Part shown: piece after piece, positions 32,888-41,619 of the stretch | Position numbering within the stretch: the stretch's first letter is position 1 | How the letters are laid out: the number at the start of each line of letters is the position of its first letter | From: an uncultured Gammaproteobacteria bacterium | GTDB lineage: Bacteria > Pseudomonadota > Gammaproteobacteria > Arenicellales > JAANXG01 | Length of the DNA stretch: 64,000 nucleotides | Direction: 5' to 3' | Assembly (NCBI GenBank): GCA_947259175.1 | Contig: CAMYKW010000005.1 | Coordinates: forward strand, 1,732 to 65,731 | Notes under the pieces: model-generated | Told to the model about the DNA's origin: nothing | Database searches by the model: none | What the model saw: only the letters and a program-made list of their open reading frames with translations | Program-made: the position numbers and the translations under genes

Positions 32888-33559
32888 ATGATTGACCTGT
32901 ATACCGCCGCGACACCCAACGGCTACAAGGTGTCGATCATGCTGGAGGAGACCGGCATGCCGTACACGGTCCATCACGTGAAACTCAAGGACCAGGAACA
33001 GAAGCAGGACTGGTACTTGAAGCTCAATCCCAATGGCCGCATCCCCACCATCGTCGACCACGACAACCGTGATTTCGTGGTATTCGAGTCCGGGGCGATA
33101 CTCATCTATCTGGCGGAAAAGACCGGCCGCTTCCTGCCCGACGATCCCGATCGCCGCTCCCAGGTGATCCAATGGTTGATGTTTCAGGTGGCCGGAGTCG
33201 GCCCCATGCAGGGACAGGCTCACGTATTTTATCGCTACGCCCCGGAGCAGATTCCGTATGCGATCCACCGCTACCAGCAGGAGACCTTGCGCCTGTATCA
33301 GGTGCTGAACGGCCGGCTCGAGCAGCATGAGTTCCTGGTCGACGACATCTCCATTGCCGACTTCGCCACCTATCCCTGGGTGCGCAGCTACAAATGGGCG
33401 GGAGTCCCCATCGATGGCCTGCCGCACCTGGAACGGTGGCTGGCCGCCATGCGCGCCCGTCCCGCAGTGCAACGCGGATTGGACGTACCGGTGAAACGCG
33501 AACAGCTGCAGGCCCGGTCCGCCGCGGAAAAAGCGGAGCTGGGACAGAGCATTATCTAG
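32888..33559 (+). CDS. Glutathione S-transferase, YfcG/Nu-class-like
   Basis: TPNG, NPNGRIP, FESGAIL, GPMQGQ. Confidence 0.92.
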   Translation: MIDLYTAATPNGYKVSIMLEETGMPYTVHHVKLKDQEQKQDWYLKLNPNGRIPTIVDHDNRDFVVFESGAILIYLAEKTGRFLPDDPDRRSQVIQWLMFQVAGVGPMQGQAHVFYRYAPEQIPYAIHRYQQETLRLYQVLNGRLEQHEFLVDDISIADFATYPWVRSYKWAGVPIDGLPHLERWLAAMRARPAVQRGLDVPVKREQLQARSAAEKAELGQSII

Positions 33560-34049
33560 TTTGTAAGCGGTTCGCTTTTTCCCTCGCGGTGCGCGCCCGG
33601 GCGGGCTCTCCCGCGCCGTCGTGGGCGGCGGCGATCAACCGCCAATTGGCGGCGTGCAGCCGCCGGTCCCGGGACAAGGCATTGGATTTCGCCGCGAGTT
33701 GCGCCGCCTGGTGATAGCGTTGCTGCTGCATGCGGACCTTCGCCAAATCGTGCCACAGCAACGGGTTGCGCGGCTCGATGCGCAACGCCCGCTCCAGCGC
33801 CAGCACCGCTTGCGCATACTGCCCGGTGCCCGCCGAGTGGGTCGCATCGCGCATTAGATTGAGTACCACCGGCTTGCTGGACGCCGGCGCCGCCGGGACC
33901 GGTTCCGGCGGCGGACGGGTCGGCGCACCGATGCTCGCGCAGCCCGCCAGGGACGCGATGAGCAAACCGGTAATAAGCCGCCCGCCCAAGGCGCCCGGGC
34001 ATCCCATCGGTATTCTTGCCAAGCCGGGTGAAGGAACGACTGTCGCCAT
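33552..34049 (-). CDS. TPR lipoprotein, LpoP-like PBP1B activator
   Basis: Lipobox LAGC, Pro-rich linker, [15 protein letters not shown]; directly downstream of mrcB; start uncertain. Confidence 0.75.
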   Translation of the reverse strand: MATVVPSPGLARIPMGCPGALGGRLITGLLIASLAGCASIGAPTRPPPEPVPAAPASSKPVVLNLMRDATHSAGTGQYAQAVLALERALRIEPRNPLLWHDLAKVRMQQQRYHQAAQLAAKSNALSRDRRLHAANWRLIAAAHDGAGEPARARTAREKANRLQTR

Positions 34050-34136
34050 GACACGGAAGATACACTGCGCAACTCCCTGTTGCCTACCACGAACTATCGT
34101 GGGATATCCCGGCGGCGGTGCGGCGCGCGGTCGTCG

Positions 34137-36530
34137 TCAGCGCTGAAACAGGCGTTTGAACCAACTACGCAATTTGCCACCGCTGTCGCCGCCGCTGTTG
34201 TCACCGACGTCGGGGGACGCGCACGACGCCCGCTGCGTCGGCGCGGAACCGGCGATGAACGGCAGCTCGATCGCATTGTCGCAGTTTGCGTCGGCGCGGC
34301 GGCCGCTGGCCGGGTCCACCGCCACCAGCTCCACATCGGCAGGCAACGGAAACTCGTCGCCGTATAGATCCAGACGCCGCATGATGTCCGCCCATACCAA
34401 CATGGCGCCGGACGCACCGCTCAAGCCCACCGGTTCATTGTCGTCGCGGCCCACCCACACCACCGTCAGGTAACCACCGCCGTAGCCGGCGAACCAGCTG
34501 TCCCGGTAGTCATCGGTCGTGCCGGTCTTGCCGGACACACGCGTCCCTCGGGGAAGTTTGCCACGCAACCCGCGGGCGGTGCCGGAGCGCACCACTTCCT
34601 GCAGAGCGTAATCCAACAAGGCCATTGGGCCGGGTGGTACGACCTGCTCGACCGACAGTGGATAGCGCGCCAGCGGGCGCTGATCCTGGGACAACACCGA
34701 GCGGATGGAACGCAGCGGTGTGCGAAACCCACCACTGGCAAAGGTAAGATACATCTGCGCCACCTCTACGGGCGTCAACTCCACAGCGCCCAAAAGCAAC
34801 GACGGGAACCGCTGCAGGGGACGGCTGATGCCGAGTTCCCGCAACTCGGCAATGATGTTGTCGACTCCCACCTCCATGCCCAACCGCGCCGTCGAGGCGT
34901 TGTACGATTGCGCCAGCGACTGAACCAGCAGCACGCGACCGTGAAACCGTTGGTCGTAATTGCGCGGCGTCCACACCGGACTGCCGGCCTGTTCGACGCG
35001 CAGCGGCGCGTCTTCCAGCACCGTCGCCAGGGTGTAGCGCCGGGGCTGCCGCAGCGCGGCGAGATACACCACCGGTTTGATCAACGAACCGACCGGCCGC
35101 TGCGCATCCAGCGCGCGATTGAATCCCGCGAAGCGTGGCTTGCGGGCGCCGACCATCGCAGCGACTTCTCCGCTGTCGCTGCGCACCACGACCACCGCCG
35201 CCTCCAGGGTGCGCGCCGGCAGTTTGCGCGCGCGCTCTAGGGCGGCGAGACGCTGACGCACGGCGTTTTCAGTTACCTGCTGGACGTCGGGGTCCAGGGT
35301 GGTGAAGATGCGTAACCCGTCGCTGCGCAGGTCCTGCTCGCGGTAGTCCCGGCGCAGCTGCTTACGCACAAATCCCAGGTAGGCCGGATACGCCAGCGCC
35401 GACTGTATGCCTTCGCTGCTTACACCCAATGGCTCCGACTTCGACCGTTTCGCGGTCTGATCATCGATGAATTCCAACTCCCGCATCTTGTCCAGCACCA
35501 GGTTGCGCCGCTCGCGGCTGCGGCCGGAATGGCGGTGCGGATTGTACAGCGATGGTCCGCGGACCAGGCTCACCAGCAGCGCAATCTCGGAAAGCTTGAG
35601 CTCCTCCAACGGGCGGCCGAAATAGAACAGACTGCCAAGACCAAAACCATGGATGGCGCGGCCGCCGACCTGCCCCAGATAGACTTCGTTCAGATACGCC
35701 TCGAGGATCTCATCCTTGTCGTAATGGATTTCCAGCAACACCGCCATCACCATTTCGTTCAGCTTGCGCGTCAATGTGCGCTCGGCGGTGAGGTAAAAAT
35801 TCTTCACCAGTTGCTGGGTCAGCGTGCTGCCTCCCTGCACCACGCGGCCGGCGCCGAGATTCACCCACAACGCGCGGGCCAGCCCCCGGGGGTCCACGCC
35901 GATGTGGGCGTAGAAATCCCGGTCCTCGACAGTCAGCAGCGCGTCAATCAACGCCTGGGGAACACTGTCGAGCCGCACCAGGGTTCGGTCCTCGTGATCC
36001 ATCGAGGACACGCTGCCGAACAACCGCGGCTCGAGGCGCACCAGATCGATGGGCGCGCCGTCGCGCGTCAATCGGGCCACTTGGCCGTTGCGAAACTGGA
36101 TTTCGAACGGCAGCTCCGGACGCGGGCCGTCCCAGAATACATACGGCCGCGCCACCACCGTCAGCCCATCGCCGGCGACGGTATAGCTACCCTGCCGCCG
36201 GGCATCCTGCACACGGCGGTATCCCAGTTCCTGCAACTCCTCGATGAATCGTTCGCGATCGAGGCGCAGGTCCTGGTACAGCTCCAGCGGGCGGGTGTAT
36301 ACATGAGCCGGTATCGGCCAGCGTTGCCCCTCGAAACGATTGCGGATGGTGATGTCGAGATAAACGATGTACGCCAGCGCCGCCACCGCCACGGCAAATG
36401 CGAGTCGCGAGAAAGTATACGCGATCCGTGTCCGCCGCCGCGGCGAGGCGCGTTTCCGGCCGCGGCGGCGTCTAGCCGCGGTTTTACTCTTACCTTTGCT
36501 CGATACGGTGTGTTTTTTTGCTTTAGACAT
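34137..36530 (-). CDS. mrcB: Penicillin-binding protein 1B
   Basis: EDRDFY and GGSTLTQQ (GT51), UB2H-like insert, SLIK, SYN and KTG (transpeptidase). Confidence 0.95.
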   Translation of the reverse strand: MSKAKKHTVSSKGKSKTAARRRRGRKRASPRRRTRIAYTFSRLAFAVAVAALAYIVYLDITIRNRFEGQRWPIPAHVYTRPLELYQDLRLDRERFIEELQELGYRRVQDARRQGSYTVAGDGLTVVARPYVFWDGPRPELPFEIQFRNGQVARLTRDGAPIDLVRLEPRLFGSVSSMDHEDRTLVRLDSVPQALIDALLTVEDRDFYAHIGVDPRGLARALWVNLGAGRVVQGGSTLTQQLVKNFYLTAERTLTRKLNEMVMAVLLEIHYDKDEILEAYLNEVYLGQVGGRAIHGFGLGSLFYFGRPLEELKLSEIALLVSLVRGPSLYNPHRHSGRSRERRNLVLDKMRELEFIDDQTAKRSKSEPLGVSSEGIQSALAYPAYLGFVRKQLRRDYREQDLRSDGLRIFTTLDPDVQQVTENAVRQRLAALERARKLPARTLEAAVVVVRSDSGEVAAMVGARKPRFAGFNRALDAQRPVGSLIKPVVYLAALRQPRRYTLATVLEDAPLRVEQAGSPVWTPRNYDQRFHGRVLLVQSLAQSYNASTARLGMEVGVDNIIAELRELGISRPLQRFPSLLLGAVELTPVEVAQMYLTFASGGFRTPLRSIRSVLSQDQRPLARYPLSVEQVVPPGPMALLDYALQEVVRSGTARGLRGKLPRGTRVSGKTGTTDDYRDSWFAGYGGGYLTVVWVGRDDNEPVGLSGASGAMLVWADIMRRLDLYGDEFPLPADVELVAVDPASGRRADANCDNAIELPFIAGSAPTQRASCASPDVGDNSGGDSGGKLRSWFKRLFQR

Positions 36531-36575
36531 CGGCGGGGGAGGAAAAATCAACACGCCATCGCGGTGGCGCAAGCG

Positions 36576-36881
36576 TCAAGCTCGTGGCGCACCGCAGTTC
36601 CAGCATAGTTCGAATGTTCCCGGATTATGTTCGCCACACACGGTGCAGGTGAAAGAATTCAACGTCTCTTGCGGCCGTTCGAACCGCTCGACGACGCTCC
36701 GTGCGCGATCCAAGTCCCGGTCCTCCACCCAAAGTTCGGGGTAGGTATGGGTGAACGGCAACTCGCCAACGCCACCTTGCGCGTTCTCGTTGAATACCTG
36801 CGCTGCGATACCCTCGGATTCCAACATATGCAACAGCAAGTACGCTTCGGGCAGATGGCCGGCTGTGTATAATCGTCGCAT
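36576..36881 (-). CDS. DUF2007-like protein with C-terminal zinc ribbon
   Basis: LESEGIAA..GELPF..PELWV then CTVCGE..FELCWNCG. Confidence 0.8.
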   Translation of the reverse strand: MRRLYTAGHLPEAYLLLHMLESEGIAAQVFNENAQGGVGELPFTHTYPELWVEDRDLDRARSVVERFERPQETLNSFTCTVCGEHNPGTFELCWNCGAPRA

Positions 36882-36955
36882 TGGGAAGTATCGTCGGTGT
36901 TCGCATAGTTTAGCACCATCGCCCCCGCTTCTATTTATCATTCAGAGACCCGCGC

Positions 36956-37558
36956 ATGAACAAGCCCATTGAATTCTATTTCGACTTTTCGTCACCCTAC
37001 GGTTACCTCGCCAGCACGCAAATAGACGCGTTGGCCAATCGCTTTGACCGAACCGTAATCTGGCGGCCGTTTCTGGTCGGCGCATCGTTCAAACTGACGG
37101 GCCGCAAACCCCTGCTCGAGGTACCCCTGGTCCGCGACTACATGGCGCATGACGTCGAGCGCTTCGCGCGTTTTTTGGAAATACCCTTCTCACTCCCCGA
37201 GAAATTCCCCATTGCCGCCATCGCCGCGAGCCGCGGGTTTTACTGGCTGGCGGAGCAGGACCCGGACCTTGCGATCTCCTTCGCAAAACGGGTTTATCAT
37301 GCCTACTTCGCCAAGCATCAGGACATCACCAGCAGCGAAGCATTGGCGGACCTGGCCTCGTCACTGCAAATTGACCGCGATCAATGGATCGTGGCGGTGA
37401 AATCGCAGGCGATTAAAGACCGGTTCCGCGAGGAGAACGATCGCGCGTTGGAACGGGGCGTGTTCGGATCGCCGTTTTTCATCATTGGCGATGAAGCATT
37501 CTGGGGCGCGGATCGCCTACCTCAGGTCGAGCAGTGGTTATCGCGCGACGGCTGGTAG
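36956..37558 (+). CDS. 2-hydroxychromene-2-carboxylate isomerase family (DsbA-like, kappa GST)
   Basis: FYFDFSSPYGY, GVFGSP, FWGADRL. Confidence 0.9.
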   Translation: MNKPIEFYFDFSSPYGYLASTQIDALANRFDRTVIWRPFLVGASFKLTGRKPLLEVPLVRDYMAHDVERFARFLEIPFSLPEKFPIAAIAASRGFYWLAEQDPDLAISFAKRVYHAYFAKHQDITSSEALADLASSLQIDRDQWIVAVKSQAIKDRFREENDRALERGVFGSPFFIIGDEAFWGADRLPQVEQWLSRDGW

Positions 37559-37588
37559 CCGGCTGTCGCCGCGCCGAAAATCGGTGTG

Positions 37589-38860
37589 CTATTGGTAGTA
37601 GATGTATTTCCGCGACCACGGCAGGCTGTTGTCGCCGCCGCGACTGAACAAAACTTGAAACAGTTGCAGATCGCCGAGTTTGAACGCCGAGACGGACCCG
37701 GTGAGATACAGTCGCCAGGCGCGCAGGAACCGTTCATCGAACGCCTCGGTCACATCCATGCGGTGTTCTTCGAACCGCTGCAACCAATGCTCCAGTGTCC
37801 TGGCGTAGTGCAGGCGTAGATTTTCGACGTCGAGAATGGAAAAATCATACGGCTCGAAGATGTCCATCATCTCGCTCAACGCCGGCGGATATGCGCCGGG
37901 GAAAATCCGCTTTTCGATCCAACGATTCATCAGCCGCGGCGCATTGCGTCCGATGGAATGGATCAGCGCGCGTCCGTTGTCCTTCAGGCAGTGGTCGATT
38001 ACGCCCCCGAGGTCTCGATAATTTTTCCTGCCCACGTGTTCCAGCATCCCCACGGACACAAACACATCGTACTCACCGGTAACATTGCGGTAGTCATCCT
38101 CGATGTACTCGACTTTCCCCGCCAATCCTGACGCTTGCGCCTTTTCGGTCGCATACCTGACCTGCTCCTGGGAAATGTTGTAGGCACGCACCGTAACCCC
38201 ATGGTGCTCCGCCATATAGCGCGCCAATCCGCCCCAACCGCAACCGGCCTCAACGACGGTGTCGCCCGGTTTGAGCTGCAACTTGCGGCATACGTGCTCC
38301 ATCTTCGCCACCTGCGCGGCTTCCAGGCTCATGGCCGGATCCGGGAAATAGGCGCAGGTGTACTGCATATACGGGTGGTCCAGCCATAACTGGTAAAAAT
38401 CATTGCCCAGGTCGTAATGGTGGTGGATGTTGTGCCGCGACGCCTTCAGGTTGTTGGTGCGGGGAGTAGGCGCCAAAAGCCGGATCAGCAGCCCCAGCGG
38501 CCCGGTTTCGCCGACGAGCTGCGGCTTGTGGAGCGTGGCGAGCTCGATCATGCGCAGCAGATCACCCTCCACCTCGATGTTGCCGTCACTGTACGCATCC
38601 CCGAAATACAAATCGGGATTCGCCAGTATCCCCCACAGAGCCTGTGGGTTTCTGATGTGCAGGGTCACATCGGAGCGTTGCGCGCAACCACGCAGTTGTT
38701 CACCGTTCCACAAGCTGATCGTCAACGGCGGATCGCGCATGGTTTTCAGCAGCCGTTTCAATAGCCACCGTTCGAAACCGTAGACCGGACGCGCCTCGGA
38801 CGCGGATCGCCGCGTACGATGCTCGAAGTTCAGAGGTACCTCTTTGGTTTTGGTTGTCAT
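37589..38860 (-). CDS. cfa: Cyclopropane-fatty-acyl-phospholipid synthase family methyltransferase
   Basis: HHYDLGNDFY, YTCAYF, EAGCGWG, SVGMLEHVG. Confidence 0.9.
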   Translation of the reverse strand: MTTKTKEVPLNFEHRTRRSASEARPVYGFERWLLKRLLKTMRDPPLTISLWNGEQLRGCAQRSDVTLHIRNPQALWGILANPDLYFGDAYSDGNIEVEGDLLRMIELATLHKPQLVGETGPLGLLIRLLAPTPRTNNLKASRHNIHHHYDLGNDFYQLWLDHPYMQYTCAYFPDPAMSLEAAQVAKMEHVCRKLQLKPGDTVVEAGCGWGGLARYMAEHHGVTVRAYNISQEQVRYATEKAQASGLAGKVEYIEDDYRNVTGEYDVFVSVGMLEHVGRKNYRDLGGVIDHCLKDNGRALIHSIGRNAPRLMNRWIEKRIFPGAYPPALSEMMDIFEPYDFSILDVENLRLHYARTLEHWLQRFEEHRMDVTEAFDERFLRAWRLYLTGSVSAFKLGDLQLFQVLFSRGGDNSLPWSRKYIYYQ

Positions 38861-39008
38861 CGGTTCTGATCCCTCGCCCAAATATCCTATAGCGAAGCGG
38901 CGTCACTGACAATACGCGCTACCGCGTCCAGCTACGCTCCGGCCCGGATACCGGGCCGGTATGCGCAAAACCGGCGCGGAACCTAGGGCGGCCGGCGCGA
39001 TATGCGGA

Positions 39009-39365
39009 TCAGTCCCCGTTCAGCAGCTCCAAGCGGTCTGCGGCCCCCAAAACAACGGTACGCCCGTCAACGGTTTTTAGAACTCTGCGATCGACCGAGT
39101 GGCGATAGACCTGATAGGTTGTGGGGTTTCCTCCTCCGATTACACGCACCGACACCACCTCGTGCTGTGACCGCCAGTGGAAATAGTAGCCAATCGCGGA
39201 AATCGCCATCAGCACGCCGACAAATCCGTAGCTGACCAGGCGGCCAAACCGGTTGTCCACCGGGGCGCCCGGCTGCGATCGCTGCGGCCCGATGCGGCTG
39301 CGGGAGCGGTAAATCGCGTACACCATGGCAACCACAAGGGCGGTAAACAACAACTTGGTCAGCAT
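39009..39365 (-). CDS. Small membrane protein of unknown function
   Basis: MLTKLLFT start, two TM segments and a short beta-rich tail. Confidence 0.7.
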   Translation of the reverse strand: MLTKLLFTALVVAMVYAIYRSRSRIGPQRSQPGAPVDNRFGRLVSYGFVGVLMAISAIGYYFHWRSQHEVVSVRVIGGGNPTTYQVYRHSVDRRVLKTVDGRTVVLGAADRLELLNGD

Positions 39366-39425
39366 GGGGCGCACCCTAGCCCGCATTTCTCACCAGGATC
39401 CCGGATGCTGGCGCAGGACTCGTGC

Positions 39426-39532
39426 AGCCCGGCGACTATTCTCAGTAAGTCGCTTAAGGAGTTTACGCTGTATTTTCGTAGAACGGACACTTAGGATTCT
39501 TTCAGGTGCGTGCCAGGAATAGTCGCTGGGCG
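39426..39532 (+). repeat. Nested inverted-arm cassette A
   Basis: GCCCGGCGACTATTCT, 72-nt AT-rich core, AGGAATAGTCGCTGGGCG, then CCTGG. Confidence 0.85.
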
Positions 39533-39611
39533 CCTGGAACGAGACCCATAGCGGGCTATGGGTCGAGTGAAGGCCAAGCGCAGGTGTGCGAGAACCAGCC
39601 AGGGCCGGGAT

Positions 39612-39716
39612 AGCCCAGCTACTATTCTAAGGTAAGCCATGTTCGAATATACGATGTGTCTTCGAACAACTACCATACGAGTCTTTTTAGTGCTTAACAA
39701 GAATAGTAGCTGGGCG
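39612..39716 (+). repeat. Nested inverted-arm cassette B
   Basis: Perfect 16-bp arms GCCCAGCTACTATTCT and AGAATAGTAGCTGGGC around a 71-nt core; splits host CCGGGAT|CCTGG. Confidence 0.88.
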
Positions 39717-39787
39717 CCTGGTCAGAAATGCGGGCACAATAGCCGCCGTTACTCAGCCGCGCGGCGCATGCAACAGTGGAAAAATGA

Positions 39788-39818
39788 ATCGCGGTTAAAA
39801 ACCGCTCACACAATAACC
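39788..39818 (-). repeat. GTGG-type REP-like palindrome, copy 2
   Basis: TCGCGGTTAAAAACCGCTCACACAATAACC, nearly identical to 11752-11782; just after the radical SAM stop. Confidence 0.65.
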
Positions 39819-39821
39819 GGG

Positions 39822-40922
39822 CTACAGCAATTGCAACTGAGGATCGGCGCTTGGCGGCCGGGTGAACAACTCGCAGGTCAACGGCGGCAGTGACCGCTGC
39901 AGACCGTGACGTTCAGTCGCCGCGGCGAATCGCTGGGCGATCATGTCGGCGAAAATGCCGGTGCCTCGCTTGCGGGTGCCGAAGTCGGCGTCGTAATCCT
40001 TCCCACCCCGGCATTGACGCACGATACTCATCACATGCGCCGCTTTTTGCGGATAGTGCGCCGCCAACCATTCCTGAAACAGCGCGTTCACCTCTCTTGG
40101 CAAGCGTAGCAAGATATAACTCGCCGACACTGCGCCGGCGTCGGCGGCCGCTGCGATCACTGTTTCCATTTCCGCATCCGTCAGCGCCGGCACCACCGGC
40201 GCAACCGAGACATTAACCGGAACTCCGGCGGCCGCGAGTCGGCGGATGGCCTCCAGGCGGCGGCGCGGAGCGGTGGCGCGCGGTTCCATGCGGCGCGCCA
40301 ATTGATGATCCAGGGTGGTCAGCGAGATGCTGACGCTGACCAGACACCGCCCGGCCAGCGGAGCCAGGAGGTCGAGATCGCGTTCGACCAGGCTGGATTT
40401 CGTCGTAATGCACAGCGGATGATTGCACGCCGCCAACAACTCCAGGATGCCGCGCATCAGCCGGTAGCGGCGCTCTATGGGTTGATACGGATCCGTGTTG
40501 GTCCCCAACGCCAATACCCGACAGCGATAATTGCTGCGGCTGATCTCCTCGCGCAGCAAGCCGGGTGCGTTCGGCTTGACCAACAGCCTGGTTTCGAAAT
40601 CCAGGCCGGCGGACCAACCCAAATAAGCATGCGTCGGCCGGGCGAAACAATACACGCAGCCGTGTTCACAGCCACGATAGGGATTGACCGATTGTTCGAA
40701 GGGCACATCCGGCGACTGGTTGCGCGCCAGGATGGTTTTCGAGGCGTCCACGGTCACGTGGGTCTTGAACGTCGACTCGGGTTGCTGTTGCGGCGCCCAC
40801 CCGTCGTCCACCCGCTCATGCTGATAAGGCTCGAATCGGCCGTCGACGTTGCTCAGGGCACCACGACCCTTGCGCGGATTTGCGGCATGCGCGGTTAAGC
40901 GGGACGCGTAATCCTTATTCAC
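39822..40922 (-). CDS. PA0069/Rv2578c-type radical SAM protein (SPL-like)
   Basis: NPYRGCEHGCVYCFARPTH, TNTDPYQP; start set at the GTG after the upstream stop. Confidence 0.9.
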   Translation of the reverse strand: MNKDYASRLTAHAANPRKGRGALSNVDGRFEPYQHERVDDGWAPQQQPESTFKTHVTVDASKTILARNQSPDVPFEQSVNPYRGCEHGCVYCFARPTHAYLGWSAGLDFETRLLVKPNAPGLLREEISRSNYRCRVLALGTNTDPYQPIERRYRLMRGILELLAACNHPLCITTKSSLVERDLDLLAPLAGRCLVSVSISLTTLDHQLARRMEPRATAPRRRLEAIRRLAAAGVPVNVSVAPVVPALTDAEMETVIAAAADAGAVSASYILLRLPREVNALFQEWLAAHYPQKAAHVMSIVRQCRGGKDYDADFGTRKRGTGIFADMIAQRFAAATERHGLQRSLPPLTCELFTRPPSADPQLQLL

Positions 40923-40944
40923 CGCGCGCACCCACAGACACGGT

Positions 40945-41430
40945 TCATTTGCCGCGCGTATCGCTGACTCGGTAGTCCCATTTGAGATCACCCCTGGGCC
41001 GCATATTGTCGAACGCGAACTGCTCGGTGATGTCCCGGGCCTGGGTCGGCGGTATTACGAGATGAATATCCTTGAATTGCTGACCGACGACCTCGCAGGA
41101 TTTCGGATCTCCGGTCGCCCCACAGTCGGAGGCGATGACGGTGAGCCTGAACCGCGTTAGCGTCTGATCAGGGGCGGTGTTTTTCACCCGGGCGTTTAAT
41201 TTATAACTACCGCCGTAAGCCGGGATCATGTTCGTGCTCGTGAGCTGCACCGCAGCCGCGGGAATTACATCGGAGGTTTCCTTGACGCCGATTTCGGCGT
41301 ACCAGATTAAACCGACTATTGATACCAGGACCACCGACGCGATCAGCACCATCGACCATCGCAGTCCCAACACAATTACCAGTGTGGCCACGGTAAGAGC
41401 CGCGGCGATAACAAGCAGCACCCAAGCCAT
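40945..41430 (-). CDS. Membrane-anchored exported hypothetical protein
   Basis: Two N-terminal hydrophobic segments, beta-rich domain with two Cys. Confidence 0.7.
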   Translation of the reverse strand: MAWVLLVIAAALTVATLVIVLGLRWSMVLIASVVLVSIVGLIWYAEIGVKETSDVIPAAAVQLTSTNMIPAYGGSYKLNARVKNTAPDQTLTRFRLTVIASDCGATGDPKSCEVVGQQFKDIHLVIPPTQARDITEQFAFDNMRPRGDLKWDYRVSDTRGK

Positions 41431-41619
41431 TCGCTTTCTTCTTCGCTATGTGTATGTGTCGCCGTCTCCGGCTTGTCGTTGCTTTTTATAGCACAAAGCG
41501 CAGCGTTGAATTCAAATAGATTCCGTTGACGAGCTTCGGCGCTGCACTGGAGCAAAACGTGCTCCTGGTCTACTATCAGCGTTACAGTGCACGAGCATTC
41601 CGTTCCCAGGTAAATCAAA

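Larger units (their letters stand above)
39379..39735 (+). mobile_element. ERIC-like miniature palindromic element, copy 2 (complete, two nested cassettes)
   Basis: 19-bp terminal IRs GCCCGCATTTCTCACCAGG and CCTGGTCAGAAATGCGGGC; CTAG at left end; central 10-bp hairpin 39543-39564. Confidence 0.9.

Noticed and set aside
32888-37558. Glutathione detoxification island built from the GST-family genes
   Set aside because: The GSTs are dispersed among core genes, belong to different classes and share no operon
38939-38959. Perfect 9-bp hairpin CCGGCCCGG-ATA-CCGGGCCGG upstream of cfa
   Set aside because: Single GC-only hairpin with no U-tract or second copy; cannot be told from chance at this GC content
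39443-39699. Diversity-generating retroelement template/variable repeat pair
   Set aside because: Differences between cores are not confined to adenines, the cores are non-coding, and no reverse transcriptase is in the window
39427-39715. CRISPR array reading of the repeated arms with variable AT-rich interiors
   Set aside because: Arms are inverted pairs, interiors are 71-72 nt and homologous to one another, there are only two units, and no cas genes are present
39426-39716. Integron attC sites
   Set aside because: No RYYYAAC/GTTRRRY core boxes at the arm ends, no cassette-like ORF array and no intI
39325-39893. Short ORFs over the repeat (39325-39522, 39491-39700, 39639-39893) and 62244-63038
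   Set aside because: Frames run through repeat arms and are not preserved between copies
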